From: a virus
Taxonomy: Duplodnaviria; Caudoviricetes
IMG/VR virus record: IMGVR_UViG_3300021288_000002
Span: 1,934 to 65,933 of that record
Strand: one strand, 5' to 3'
Length of the DNA: 64,000 nucleotides
The translations under genes and the position numbers were made by a program. Of this stretch, positions 28,399 to 39,257 are shown in pieces; position 1 is the stretch's first letter, and every line of letters begins with the position of its first letter. The notes under the pieces are model-generated. The model was given only the letters and a program-made list of their open reading frames with translations. It did no database searches and was not told the origin of the DNA.

Positions 28399-31300
28399 TC
28401 GTTTGACTTTAATCTGTTTGATTTGTATACTCACATTCCAAGAACTCATTAATCTTGCTTTTGTGAAATTAGCGACTGTTTGAGTCCAATTTCCAAAAAC
28501 AGTACCATCTAATGTTTCAATTGTTCCAGTATAAGTTGAATCATTTTTAATAAGGGTATACTTATACCATTGATTGTTAGTCAATGTTGTAGAATTTCTG
28601 TTGGAATTATATCCTCCACCATTGTTAAATATAACTCCAGTTCCACTTGACACTCCATACAATCCAATTAAATGAGTATCATCATTACAAATACTTAATC
28701 CCATATTACGATTTGATGCGTTGATTAAAGCACTAAATTCAAAATCATCTGAACCTATTTCGGCAAAATCAATGAATCTCTTGCTTTGAGAAGTGGAACT
28801 GATATTATAATGGTCTGTACTCCAAGACATACTTAATCCACTCGGCATAGTATAATCACTAACCCTATTACTGCTTGCACTATCATACCGTACACAATCA
28901 GCAACGGATATTTCTGATACAATTATACGATCACTAGAAAAAGATTGAATATATAAATTCCCCGTACCTTTTCCTAAGTAAGATACAGTAGCCACACCAG
29001 AACTATTAGTATCTGCAGTTAAAGTTTCAACCAATGAATCATCACCGGTTTTACGAACCTCAAATGTGACAGTTTCCCCTGCAATTGCTACAGGGGTTGT
29101 TCCTGACATTAATTGAGCTGTAAGTGTTGCAGATTCCTCATCATATGCTGAGAGAATATCCTTGTCAGAGGTCAATTCTATTGCATCAAAGCTTGGAGCA
29201 TCTGAGACAGTTACAGTTACATTACCACTAGTTACTCCAGTATATGTGGTTGTTGCATCAAAGACCACATGATATGTGAATGTGCCTTCAGCAGTTGAGG
29301 TTATTGTCTTGCTGAATGTACCATCATTAGCAGTTGTTATAGTGTCAATTACAGATTGGCCTTGATATAATTTTACAGAGGCATTCGCTACACCTGTTCC
29401 ATTATAGAGTAATGCTCCTGATAATATATAGGAATCTCCTGTAATGACACTTGATTTACTTGTAAGTAAACTGATTGTTGGAGTTCTTTTAGTGATTGTA
29501 ACATTCACATTACTTGATGTTGCTGATTCATAAGTTGCATTCCCATTATAAACTGCGTGGAATGATTTTGATTCAACAGTTTCCGCAGTTATGGTTTTAC
29601 TGAATGTACCATTGGAAAGTGTTGTTACTGTATCGAGTAATGTTTCCCCATCGTAGATTTCAATACTTGCGGAACCAATATTGGTGCTAGCTTGTTTTAA
29701 GGTACCTGTTAATGTGATTGTTTCACCAAGTACATAACTTGCCTTGTTGGATGAGAATGTGATTGTAACTGGTTTTTTGTTAACAGTTATGTTCACATTG
29801 GCCATACTGCTGCGGTAATCTTCGTCTCCGTCGAATACTGCTCTGATGGTTACATTGCCACTTGTTTCTACGGTTACATTTTTGCTGAATGTTCCGTTGT
29901 TTAGTGTTGTCACTGTATCTACCAATTCATTATTAACATAAATTTTTATACTTTTACCTGATAATGTGGTTTCTTCATCGTCAGTTAATAATCCAGTTAT
30001 CTGTACTGTTTCACCAATAGTGTAAACGGATTTATCAGTGTTTAATGTGAGATATGTGAGTGTTTTGTTTGCTCCTTCACTTATCACTACATATAATGGA
30101 TTATTGTTTTTATTGTTGTTGATCCAGTTATGGTTTGTTATGATTTCACTACTGGTATCATGAGTTAATGTTAAATCCTGTAAGTTTAATCTTTGATTCT
30201 GTGCGATTTTAAAGAATTTGTAATTTGTAGTATTTTCAATTATAGCATTACCACATCCAAGTACTGTAGAAGATGTATTAACTGACAAAGGATTGTTAAT
30301 AGTGTATGTTCCACTTGTCAAGACGATTAGGTTTTGTTCCCCATTAACCATAGTTAATGCTTTGTTGATTGTTCGGAATGGAGTGTTGATTGTTGTTCCA
30401 TCATTGGTATCATCTCCTGTTGATGGGTTTACATACCAATCTGCACTGTTACATCCTCTAACTGTAACGGTTAATTCTTCAGTTGCAAAAAGGTCTTGTC
30501 CGATATATGCTTCGAATCTGAAGATGTTTGGTTCATCATCACTGATTAAATCACTTGTTACTGTGTAAGTACTGCTTGTATAATCAGTGGTTAATGGTGT
30601 TTCTGCATCGTTTAGGTATATTGTTACATTATAATCTCCAGTTAGTTTTTCAGCCAGCATGTTCAGGTATTGGAAATTGAATATTACTGATTGGTTTTTT
30701 ACTGGTAATAATGTGTTTGCAGATACGAAGAAGAATCTTCCTAGGTCTGGTGTTAAGTTACATAATTTGTCTTTATGTTCCCATGGCATGGGAGTCCAGT
30801 CACCGACAAGGCCTGTTTCTTCATCATATGGATGCATTGTTTCATCAAACATCTTGAGCAGGTATTCTTCTCTGTTTATCATGTCGCTGAAGATGCCGTA
30901 TATTTTCCATATTTCCAGGACAGGCAATGGAGTGTCATGCACTCTAAGAACATAATTGATGATACGATTCATGTAATGATAATCATCTTCAGTTAACCTG
31001 TTATTGTATGTAGGTTCAGTGTTGGCATAGTCTTCTGTTGGGATGTATGTTTTTCTTGGTATGCCGTTTAATGCTCCGATTTCATCCAAGCTAGTGTCAT
31101 GGTCATAAATGTCACCTGTTAGTTCATCGTTTTCGGGAAATCCTTTTTTGATTATGATTTCATCATATGATTCTGCGATTATGTGAAATGTGTCTTCGGG
31201 TATGATAGGAATTTCAATTTCACTATCATCTCCTTGATTTTCCTCCTCATTATCTTCACTATTATCATCCACAATCGTATTATCTTCACTGCTATCATAA

Positions 31301-31620
31301 GAATAAATAAAAGAACTGACATTATCCTCTTCCAAGTATTCTTCCATGTAGATTAATGTATCATTTTTATAACATTTCACACTTTTCAACTGAGGATAAT
31401 TCACAACAAAATTAATAACATAATCATAAGGCACACTCTGCTCCTTCCAAATACAACAACGCTTCCTTAATCTAAAACTATCAGAAACATCACTAATACT
31501 TTGAAAAATCCCCTTAAAAACATTATTAGTAACACTCTGAGATTTAAAGAAATTACTTGTCTCCGACTTATCAAAAAAATGAGGAAACATCTTGATTAAA
31601 CTTTGCATACTATTTTTCAT
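28393..31620 (-). CDS. baseplate-anchored adhesin/tail fibre: baseplate-like N-terminus, beta-helix-start motif, ~4 Ig-like repeats, ConA/LamG-like tip
   Basis: WYVNPSTGDDTNDG..PFRTINKAL; repeated ~95-aa Ig-like units (K.SY..GET..LTG.L...TVTT..NGTFS...AV..G...Y). Confidence 0.75.
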   Translation of the reverse strand: MKNSMQSLIKMFPHFFDKSETSNFFKSQSVTNNVFKGIFQSISDVSDSFRLRKRCCIWKEQSVPYDYVINFVVNYPQLKSVKCYKNDTLIYMEEYLEEDNVSSFIYSYDSSEDNTIVDDNSEDNEEENQGDDSEIEIPIIPEDTFHIIAESYDEIIIKKGFPENDELTGDIYDHDTSLDEIGALNGIPRKTYIPTEDYANTEPTYNNRLTEDDYHYMNRIINYVLRVHDTPLPVLEIWKIYGIFSDMINREEYLLKMFDETMHPYDEETGLVGDWTPMPWEHKDKLCNLTPDLGRFFFVSANTLLPVKNQSVIFNFQYLNMLAEKLTGDYNVTIYLNDAETPLTTDYTSSTYTVTSDLISDDEPNIFRFEAYIGQDLFATEELTVTVRGCNSADWYVNPSTGDDTNDGTTINTPFRTINKALTMVNGEQNLIVLTSGTYTINNPLSVNTSSTVLGCGNAIIENTTNYKFFKIAQNQRLNLQDLTLTHDTSSEIITNHNWINNNKNNNPLYVVISEGANKTLTYLTLNTDKSVYTIGETVQITGLLTDDEETTLSGKSIKIYVNNELVDTVTTLNNGTFSKNVTVETSGNVTIRAVFDGDEDYRSSMANVNITVNKKPVTITFSSNKASYVLGETITLTGTLKQASTNIGSASIEIYDGETLLDTVTTLSNGTFSKTITAETVESKSFHAVYNGNATYESATSSNVNVTITKRTPTISLLTSKSSVITGDSYILSGALLYNGTGVANASVKLYQGQSVIDTITTANDGTFSKTITSTAEGTFTYHVVFDATTTYTGVTSGNVTVTVSDAPSFDAIELTSDKDILSAYDEESATLTAQLMSGTTPVAIAGETVTFEVRKTGDDSLVETLTADTNSSGVATVSYLGKGTGNLYIQSFSSDRIIVSEISVADCVRYDSASSNRVSDYTMPSGLSMSWSTDHYNISSTSQSKRFIDFAEIGSDDFEFSALINASNRNMGLSICNDDTHLIGLYGVSSGTGVIFNNGGGYNSNRNSTTLTNNQWYKYTLIKNDSTYTGTIETLDGTVFGNWTQTVANFTKARLMSSWNVSIQIKQIKVKRL

Positions 31621-31621
31621 A

Positions 31622-32773
31622 TTAGATCATCTCAATTGTAATATCATTACTAACCCCAATTTCCTCATCAAGAATAGTTATATAATTCAATGGATAATTG
31701 AAAGTGATATTTTTTAATTCTGGAATCTCATCATCTAAAAACACAGCCAATTTATGTGGAATAAAATCCTCACCAAGTAATAATCCTGGATAATAAGTAT
31801 CATCAGTAGTATATCCACCATCAATAAACACTTTAATACTTGATATGATTCTTGCTTTAATTTTCTCTTTCTCTACATCACTATAAGGATTTAACTGGTC
31901 AATATCAACATTAACCACCGCATAAATATCAATAAGTTTCCTTACTGGTGCAAACATTGTAATATCTTCTTTCATTTGAGCAACTTTACCCTGCAAATCA
32001 TTATAAGCACGCAGTAATTGTTCCGGAGTACCCGGATCAAGAATTACTTTTATTGTCCCAGTACCATTCCAACAAGGAACAATCTTATACGAATCAATAC
32101 CGTCAAAAGATGCAAAATATTCCTCATAAGCCTCAGTAGAACCCTTCAAGTTAATTTCTTTCCAATGCATTAACAGATACCTGTATTCATCATCAGTATA
32201 CTCTTCAGTACCACCAGTACTTGCATTATCATTATTACATGACAAATTAACTTCCAATTCAGTTTCAATATTAACCAAAGTATTTTCAACAATCTTACTA
32301 GTCACACCAGCTTCAACGGCCATGCATGAAACAGTAGTACTGGTTTCACCTGCAGGAATGAAAATATTCTCCAACGTACGATATTCAATACCAGTATCAG
32401 TTGACAAAAACACTTCAGGACTAATATTAACATCCTCATCAAGAGCAACATCCAAAGTAAAAGTAACATCAACATAAGCATAAGTAGCTTCAGGCCTAGG
32501 AATACCTACCACATCACCAATATTCTCATCCAAATCATCATTCTCTGCATACTCAACTTTTGCAGATTCATAAACCGGAGTTATCGCTTCTTGATAAATT
32601 CGTTCACCAAATAATGCAAGAACAGACTTATCCATCACATAATAATTACTAATATCTTCCTGATTCTCAATATAAGAAGGAAACTCTTCAGCATGACTTA
32701 TCAATCCTTTTTCAAGACTGTCCTGCAACACTTCTTCAAAAAGCTCAGCATAATCTTTTTCAACATAATTCAT
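31622..32773 (-). CDS. baseplate J-like protein
   Basis: D...DVVGIPR..AT.A...VTF...GGTEEYTDDEYR...GS...YEEY...GT..V. Confidence 0.85.
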   Translation of the reverse strand: MNYVEKDYAELFEEVLQDSLEKGLISHAEEFPSYIENQEDISNYYVMDKSVLALFGERIYQEAITPVYESAKVEYAENDDLDENIGDVVGIPRPEATYAYVDVTFTLDVALDEDVNISPEVFLSTDTGIEYRTLENIFIPAGETSTTVSCMAVEAGVTSKIVENTLVNIETELEVNLSCNNDNASTGGTEEYTDDEYRYLLMHWKEINLKGSTEAYEEYFASFDGIDSYKIVPCWNGTGTIKVILDPGTPEQLLRAYNDLQGKVAQMKEDITMFAPVRKLIDIYAVVNVDIDQLNPYSDVEKEKIKARIISSIKVFIDGGYTTDDTYYPGLLLGEDFIPHKLAVFLDDEIPELKNITFNYPLNYITILDEEIGVSNDITIEMI

Positions 32774-33204
32774 AAAACAACACTACCTTTAATTATCTCA
32801 TCATTAACACTTGTAATATCAAATTCAACTTTAAACTTGTAAACATCAGTTTGAAGAATATTCACCGAATTAACAGATTTAACTCTTCTAATATTGTTTA
32901 AAGTATCAGCAATATAAGTTTCAAGTTTAAAAAAGAACATTTTGTTCTGATTATCTTTTATTAATTCATGAACATGACAACCAAAACCTTGATAAGTTGG
33001 ATTGTTATTTAATTCATCATATCTTGTCATTATTGCAATTATACACGCATTCAACAATGATTTATGACCTGTAACATTAACATAATCCCCATTTTCCATA
33101 TGTATATCAAAGGCCCCATATTCATCACTAATTAATTCAACATCTTCATTCAAAGTTTTATTAAATTTATAATCAATGCTGGATGTATCTACGGGTAGTG
33201 TCAT
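32770..33204 (-). CDS. baseplate wedge / sheath initiator (gp25/W-like)
   Basis: D...VTG..L...I...TR..E...Y..FG..L; position upstream of J. Confidence 0.7.
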   Translation of the reverse strand: MTLPVDTSSIDYKFNKTLNEDVELISDEYGAFDIHMENGDYVNVTGHKSLLNACIIAIMTRYDELNNNPTYQGFGCHVHELIKDNQNKMFFFKLETYIADTLNNIRRVKSVNSVNILQTDVYKFKVEFDITSVNDEIIKGSVVL

Positions 33205-33206
33205 TT

Positions 33207-33893
33207 TTATTCATCTCCTAAAGCTTCCGCAATGGCTTTGCTTATTAATTCATCAACTTCTTCTTTTGTGTACACTTCCGTTTTATTGTAAACTTCTTGT
33301 TTAGTGTAAACATTAGTTGAATCTGCATAATCCACTTCTTCCATGTTTTTATCCATATCCCCCACGTTTGTTGTGGCTGTGTTAGGTAATCTGAGGTCTA
33401 ATCCATCTGCACCGAATTTAATCCAGAACTGATTTGTTCCACCAATACTAACAATCTTGAAGTTGCCCGGCGCTGCAGGATTTAATTCAACCAATTCTTC
33501 ATTTTGATAAAATCCAAGTAACAGAAATTCTTCACTATCACTATCATGAATGTTAATTATAAGACAGTTTAAGGAACATCTTGGAATTATGCATGGTTCA
33601 TGTAAATCATCACAATATTCAATTGAATCTGCGCTTGGTGTGTATAAGTCTATTAATTCTCCACCAAAACGATGCAATATTTTACATAATACTGTTTCAT
33701 CAGTATTGTCTAGTTCCACTAATGCTTTATCAAGATAATGGTAGAATTTTAGGACTCGTCCTGTTCTGATTTTTTCTTCATCAACTGTTGTTTCTATTTG
33801 ATGAGTGATTTGTGGTAATGCTCTGTTAGTTACTGCATTGTCTAATGCTTGTTTTAATCTGCCTTTGGTGGGTGTTATATCATTAGTGTTCAT
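33207..33893 (-). CDS. baseplate spike (gpV-like)
   Basis: OB-like N-terminus, position upstream of W/J, C-terminal VYTK.EV repeats. Confidence 0.55.
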   Translation of the reverse strand: MNTNDITPTKGRLKQALDNAVTNRALPQITHQIETTVDEEKIRTGRVLKFYHYLDKALVELDNTDETVLCKILHRFGGELIDLYTPSADSIEYCDDLHEPCIIPRCSLNCLIINIHDSDSEEFLLLGFYQNEELVELNPAAPGNFKIVSIGGTNQFWIKFGADGLDLRLPNTATTNVGDMDKNMEEVDYADSTNVYTKQEVYNKTEVYTKEEVDELISKAIAEALGDE

Positions 33894-33925
33894 TTGTTAT
33901 CACTACTCTTTGATTTATTTAGATT

Positions 33926-35026
33926 TTATTTGGATTTACTGGATGTTGAACTAGTGTCTCCACCGAAACTTGGAGGATAATCAACCAAAGTCAAACTAGC
34001 AGTCCAAGGACCATTACCATCCTCATCATGAGAACATTTACTAACATACATATAATCATCAATGAAATAAGAAGGCAAATATACTCTAACCCAAACACCC
34101 TCTCTCCATTTTGTATTTCCTACAACTTTACATTCAACACTTCGACCATCATTACGCCTAATTTTGTTAAATTCTCTTTGTAAAAATGCTTCCGCTTCTT
34201 TTAAAGATTTAATATTTGAAGGACAAGCGATTTTCTTTTTAATTTTACCAAATCTTTTTATCAACAGATCATCTTTTAATGTTAACTCGTATTTTTTATA
34301 AGTACATGTTAAATGATTAATAGTTCCAGGATTAACATCTGTAACATTAACATTATCATATAATGCATTGTCATATTCATTTATGACAAGGTTTGTACTT
34401 GTTGGATTGGGAATTTTATTAACATGTACCGTATCTCCAACTAATCGGATTTCCACTTCCCCATCCCATTTACTAACTGCTTTTTTCAAAGCTTCTTTAA
34501 TACTGGAACCTGTGGACCCTGAAGATTTAGAAGATGATGAACTATCCACTTCACCACCCATGGCCTTGATAAGTTCATTAGCCATCTCTTCACCATTTGT
34601 ACCAAAAACAATATGACATCTTTTTTTACAAATTTTATTCATTTCAGGGAAAGTTTTACCTTTAATTTGATTACAAATACCTGTACAATCTGCATCTGCA
34701 CCTATAGGCCTTGTCTCAAAATCTTTACGAGTTTTCATCCTTGCACGGCCAAGGTCACCTCTTATAATAAAATAACAGTATTTGAACCCATTACTATTAT
34801 TATAATGGTCTGCAATACTGAAAATACCATCTGCAATAATATAAACCCCTATTTTACCGGAAGGATTTTTACCATGTTTTCTCCAGTCATAATTTGCAAA
34901 ATATCCTGGCCCAATAGTTAATTTTTCTACTTTATGACCTTGTTTTTCTAATGCTTTACAGACAGCATTCTGGACTTTATGGTCATTACCATTATTTGTA
35001 TCACAACCAACTACTACAGTAGACAT
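33926..35026 (-). CDS. baseplate hub-like protein (C-terminal hub domain)
   Basis: C-terminal AEAFL.REF.K...ECKVVG...G.WVRV...Y.V.K.SH pattern. Confidence 0.5.
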   Translation of the reverse strand: MSTVVVGCDTNNGNDHKVQNAVCKALEKQGHKVEKLTIGPGYFANYDWRKHGKNPSGKIGVYIIADGIFSIADHYNNSNGFKYCYFIIRGDLGRARMKTRKDFETRPIGADADCTGICNQIKGKTFPEMNKICKKRCHIVFGTNGEEMANELIKAMGGEVDSSSSSKSSGSTGSSIKEALKKAVSKWDGEVEIRLVGDTVHVNKIPNPTSTNLVINEYDNALYDNVNVTDVNPGTINHLTCTYKKYELTLKDDLLIKRFGKIKKKIACPSNIKSLKEAEAFLQREFNKIRRNDGRSVECKVVGNTKWREGVWVRVYLPSYFIDDYMYVSKCSHDEDGNGPWTASLTLVDYPPSFGGDTSSTSSKSK

Positions 35027-35046
35027 TCAATATCCTCCCCTTTTTT

Positions 35047-36072
35047 TTAACAATCTGGGTTTTTACCATTTTTACTATCCCAGTTTCCACCTCGAGAATC
35101 ACATGATCTTCTGTCTCCTTGTGAATACCATATAGTATTCCAATCTGAACCAGACCCTGTTTGGTCACTTGCATATATTTTACCATCAATTTTAATAAGA
35201 CACCAGAAATGACCGTTGGCATGTGACCTGTGAACAACCCATGCATCTAATCCTGCACTGCTCATCATAGCACGTGTTAATCTTGCAGTATCAGCACAAT
35301 TAAGAGCATGTTTGTGTTTTAAACATTCTTCAGCAGAATGATATCTTGAACATGAATATCCGGCATATCGGACATTTTCTTTTAACCATTGATGGACAAG
35401 TTTTGCTTTCTTTAACTCATTAGTTTCACTACCAACAATCTTAGCAACTAATTCATCAATTGTTTTTCCTTCTCCACCTGCAAGGTCACTATTACTATCA
35501 CTTGTTTTGTTGCTTCCGCTACTGGAAATATTAGTAAAGTCACATACATCATCAACAAGACCAGTTACATCAACTTTGGCTTTTAAACCACTTGCTTTGA
35601 TTATTTCCTTAACAATTTTTGACCTTTTGGTTTTTTTAAAACTGAATTTCTTTTCCACGTCAAGTAAGACATTCATTCCATTGATTTTGATATCTGCTTT
35701 TTCACGGTTCCAAGTTATTTCAGAAACAAAACCAGTAACAACAGTATCCATATCACTCCATTTATTTACAGTTTTGGAGCGGTTTCCTTCTTTTTTAAAG
35801 GATATTCTTTGACCTTTGTAGAATGAATTTAAATATTTGATTGGAACGGATATTGATGCATTACTGCTAATATCACTGTAATCTCCCTCAAAACTGTCAC
35901 TATACAATTCACCAATATAATTAACGTTAGTTATGTCTCCAGTTTGTAAAGTGAAATTATTACTGGTTTCACTATCACTATTACTGCTTGCATTATTGGA
36001 AATAGGATTTTTAACTGCTTCTGTAGTGTAAATTTCCAAACCCGCACGGGATATAGAATAAGTAACTACCAT
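35047..36072 (-). CDS. hub-like protein fused to transglutaminase-like Cys peptidase (virion-associated pseudomurein hydrolase)
   Basis: LNCAD...GHFW...ASD Cys-His-Asp triad as in PeiW/PeiP-type enzymes. Confidence 0.7.
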   Translation of the reverse strand: MVVTYSISRAGLEIYTTEAVKNPISNNASSNSDSETSNNFTLQTGDITNVNYIGELYSDSFEGDYSDISSNASISVPIKYLNSFYKGQRISFKKEGNRSKTVNKWSDMDTVVTGFVSEITWNREKADIKINGMNVLLDVEKKFSFKKTKRSKIVKEIIKASGLKAKVDVTGLVDDVCDFTNISSSGSNKTSDSNSDLAGGEGKTIDELVAKIVGSETNELKKAKLVHQWLKENVRYAGYSCSRYHSAEECLKHKHALNCADTARLTRAMMSSAGLDAWVVHRSHANGHFWCLIKIDGKIYASDQTGSGSDWNTIWYSQGDRRSCDSRGGNWDSKNGKNPDC

Positions 36073-36090
36073 AATACATCCCCCTCAAAT

Positions 36091-36654
36091 TCATTTATTC
36101 TTTTTCTTCGATTTACTTTTCTTAGAAACAGTTTTCTTTTTAGTTTTAGTTTTTGTTTTCTTAGATGTGGTTTTAGAAGAATTTTCTTTTTTAGAATTTT
36201 TATTAGTTACTTTCTTTTTAGTGATTTTTCTAGCAGCAGGAACAACAAAGTTTTCACCAGGAATAAGACTTTTAGAATCAGGAACTTCTTTTATACTGAT
36301 TTCTAATTTTAAAGAGTTGAAGGTTTCATGAACTGGTTTGACAATAACAATTGCTTCGAACGAACCTCCAATTTCAGGAGAAGTTACAGTTACCGGTTTG
36401 CTCATCATCTCTTGAAAAATTTGTTTGTGAACATCTGGTCTATTTGGATCAATAGGAATATGCGTAGTGATAGTGAAATCTAACCCTACATATTGTCCTG
36501 GTGTGACGATTTGTGTTCCACCAACAACACTATTAAAATTATATTCTCTTCGTCTGAATGCTTCATTTGGTGAAACATCTTCAGCATAAAAAGGATATCC
36601 CATAATTTCAAGATTACATCCATCAGTAGGTATATTATATAAGTTTTTAGCCAT
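36091..36654 (-). CDS. tail tube initiator-like protein, Lys-rich C-terminus
   Basis: Position directly after the tape measure gene. Confidence 0.5.
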   Translation of the reverse strand: MAKNLYNIPTDGCNLEIMGYPFYAEDVSPNEAFRRREYNFNSVVGGTQIVTPGQYVGLDFTITTHIPIDPNRPDVHKQIFQEMMSKPVTVTSPEIGGSFEAIVIVKPVHETFNSLKLEISIKEVPDSKSLIPGENFVVPAARKITKKKVTNKNSKKENSSKTTSKKTKTKTKKKTVSKKSKSKKKNK

Positions 36655-36660
36655 TATTAT

Positions 36661-39054
36661 TCACACTCCCGCAGGGTCGTCACTTAATGTTTCTAATGCA
36701 GTTATCACTACACTTGTTGCTTCTTTTGCGGTTAAATTATGAGCATTTAAAGGCATTGCGTTTTCATGAACATGTACAATTGTTGTATTACCATTACTTG
36801 TACTGTTAGGTGTATAATTAGCGTTTTCACGAATACTATTTACTGTTGGTAAGCTCATTTGAGGAGCATTAAATCCTTTTAGTATGTTTCCTGCATAGTC
36901 TCTTGCAGCACTATAAACATACCTGTTACTTTCACCAATACGACCAGGTATATCTTGAAATTCAACAGCAATCTTACGCTGAATAATACCTGGTGATGCA
37001 ATATGTAACGCATTTAATACTGCATCTTTAATTCCTGAACCGAAATTTGCTGCTGCACTTACCGCATTAGATACCGCACTATTAATTCGGCTTGGAATAT
37101 TCATGAACTCATTATAAACAGTATCTGCAATACCCATAATACCATTACGTACTGCATTCACAACTCCACTAGCAAGACTTACAGCCGCACCAACAGCCGC
37201 ACCTGCAGCACTTGCTATACGACCCGGAACTCTCATCATGAAAGTACCTACTTGTCCAGGGATTTGACGAACACGATTAACGATACCTTGAAGTATTCTT
37301 AATCCTGCTTGAACTGCAATTGTAGCCACTCTAGTTCTGAAACTAATGAACCTTGTTATAGCTTGAGTTAAAAATTGCCAAATTCTACCCGGCAATGGTC
37401 GTACTGCATTGATAATACTGTTCAGTATTGCTCTTCCGATTTGTAATGCAACTTGACCTACTCTGGTAGAGAAACCACTTAATCCTGATATGATAGTTGT
37501 TATTGCAGAAATTATTGCATCTTGCCATGACATACTACCATTCATAAGACTGGAGAAGATAGTTACTAGATTGGATAGCATAACCCATAATGGTGAAATT
37601 ACACTGAATACCGCTGTGAATCCTTGTTGTAATACTCCAAAGACTTGACTTGCAATGGATCCTAATTGTCCAAAGAAATTAATTATCTGTCCCACTACAT
37701 CAGGGCCTCCGCTTCCTGCACCTTCACTTTTGAATAAGTTATTCCATGCTGCACCAATCCAATCAAATATTGGTTTGACAAAACTCCATAATTGAGATAC
37801 GGCATTTTGTACTGCTGCAATGGCACCTTGCACCTGTGGACTGTTCATAAAAGCAGACCATAATCTTTGAACTCCGGCTTGGATTGCATCGAGCATTGTA
37901 CTGAAGTCAGTCCACCATCCAAGTGATTCTCCGATTTGTTCAACAATTACAACGAATGCTCCAACAGCTGCTGCAATTGCAAGTATTGGCCATAATGCTG
38001 CAAGTTCTGCTGCAGCCATACTCCAAAATCCACCACTTGCAGTTGTTGCTGCAAGGCCTTCAGCTTCTAATGCAATACCATTTGTGGCATGTGCTGCTGC
38101 TGCACCTAACTCTTCAGCAGATAATCCTGCTTGTGCAGCTGCTAATGCTAGTTCTTCACCAGTTAATGCTGCTGTTTCACCACCAAGAGCACCTAATAAT
38201 CCTCCAATTGTTGGTAATGTGAAACCTAATGTTTCCATCAAACCAATAACTGACATTAAAGGTCCGGCTATAATTCCTATTCCTGCACCAAGAGCAATCG
38301 CTGCAAAACCAACACTTTTAACAGGACCAGGTAAATTATTAATTACATCAAGGAATCCTTGCACAACAGGTATTAATGGAGTTATCGCATCCATTATTGC
38401 TGCACCAAAATCTGTCTTTAAACCCGCAAGTACATTATTCAATCTTTGGAATTTAGCAGTACTTGAATCAGCATATTTGTCCGCTGCACCACCAGTACGA
38501 TTAAGAATATCAGTTAATAATTTCTGTTTATCCACCGCACCAGTTGTTTCATCTTTATAATCTTTAATATCAAGACCAAGAGATTTCAATGCTTTACCAT
38601 TACCCATAAATGCCTTTTGTAATTGTCCTGCAGCTTGTTCTTGACTTAACCCCATTTGTGCAGCATAATTACTAGTGGCTTTCATTGCATCTTGAGAGTC
38701 TTTAAAAGACATTCCCATGCTCATATAGGTTGTCATTGCAGCTCTTGTATCTGCTACACTTCTACCCATTTCATTGGAATAATCTCTAACCCATTTTTTG
38801 ATTTCATCAGATTGTTTATCCCAATTACCACCATTTTTATCAACTGCATTACTGAACTTGTTCCATTCCTGTTCTGCAGTCATAGCTGAATCAACAGCAG
38901 ATTTCGCATAACTTAACATTGAAGCAGACATTGCAGTTACTGCTCCACCGACGGCAGTTTTCAAAGCACCTACTCTTTGTTGTGCGCTTCCAAAAGCACC
39001 TCCAGTGTTATCTTGTCCACGAATACGGAGTAATACATCTTCATATGAAACCAT
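36661..39054 (-). CDS. tape measure protein
   Basis: 797 aa, Ala/Gly-rich helical, hydrophobic segments, after tail chaperones. Confidence 0.9.
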   Translation of the reverse strand: MVSYEDVLLRIRGQDNTGGAFGSAQQRVGALKTAVGGAVTAMSASMLSYAKSAVDSAMTAEQEWNKFSNAVDKNGGNWDKQSDEIKKWVRDYSNEMGRSVADTRAAMTTYMSMGMSFKDSQDAMKATSNYAAQMGLSQEQAAGQLQKAFMGNGKALKSLGLDIKDYKDETTGAVDKQKLLTDILNRTGGAADKYADSSTAKFQRLNNVLAGLKTDFGAAIMDAITPLIPVVQGFLDVINNLPGPVKSVGFAAIALGAGIGIIAGPLMSVIGLMETLGFTLPTIGGLLGALGGETAALTGEELALAAAQAGLSAEELGAAAAHATNGIALEAEGLAATTASGGFWSMAAAELAALWPILAIAAAVGAFVVIVEQIGESLGWWTDFSTMLDAIQAGVQRLWSAFMNSPQVQGAIAAVQNAVSQLWSFVKPIFDWIGAAWNNLFKSEGAGSGGPDVVGQIINFFGQLGSIASQVFGVLQQGFTAVFSVISPLWVMLSNLVTIFSSLMNGSMSWQDAIISAITTIISGLSGFSTRVGQVALQIGRAILNSIINAVRPLPGRIWQFLTQAITRFISFRTRVATIAVQAGLRILQGIVNRVRQIPGQVGTFMMRVPGRIASAAGAAVGAAVSLASGVVNAVRNGIMGIADTVYNEFMNIPSRINSAVSNAVSAAANFGSGIKDAVLNALHIASPGIIQRKIAVEFQDIPGRIGESNRYVYSAARDYAGNILKGFNAPQMSLPTVNSIRENANYTPNSTSNGNTTIVHVHENAMPLNAHNLTAKEATSVVITALETLSDDPAGV

Positions 39055-39071
39055 TTTTCATCACTTCTTCT

Positions 39072-39257
39072 TTAGGACTCTTTTAATTTTTCTTTTAACT
39101 CTTTATCTTGTTTGATTTCATTTCTTATTTCATTACTATACTTGAAAATTAGGAACTTGATATTTGGATCATGTTTCTTTTTGATGACATCGAATGGTAA
39201 CATTCCCAAATGTTTACTTACTCTGAAGTAAACTTCACCAAAGAAACTATTAGCCAT
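39072..39257 (-). CDS. tail assembly chaperone (small, GT-like position)
   Basis: Overlaps the end of the upstream chaperone and precedes the TMP. Confidence 0.55.
   Translation of the reverse strand: MANSFFGEVYFRVSKHLGMLPFDVIKKKHDPNIKFLIFKYSNEIRNEIKQDKELKEKLKES

Noticed and set aside
28945-28956. ATATATTCAA in the large fibre resembling the start of the six-cassette site
   Set aside because: Lacks the CAAA half, is out of codon phase with the cassettes, and is expected by chance in AT-rich DNA.
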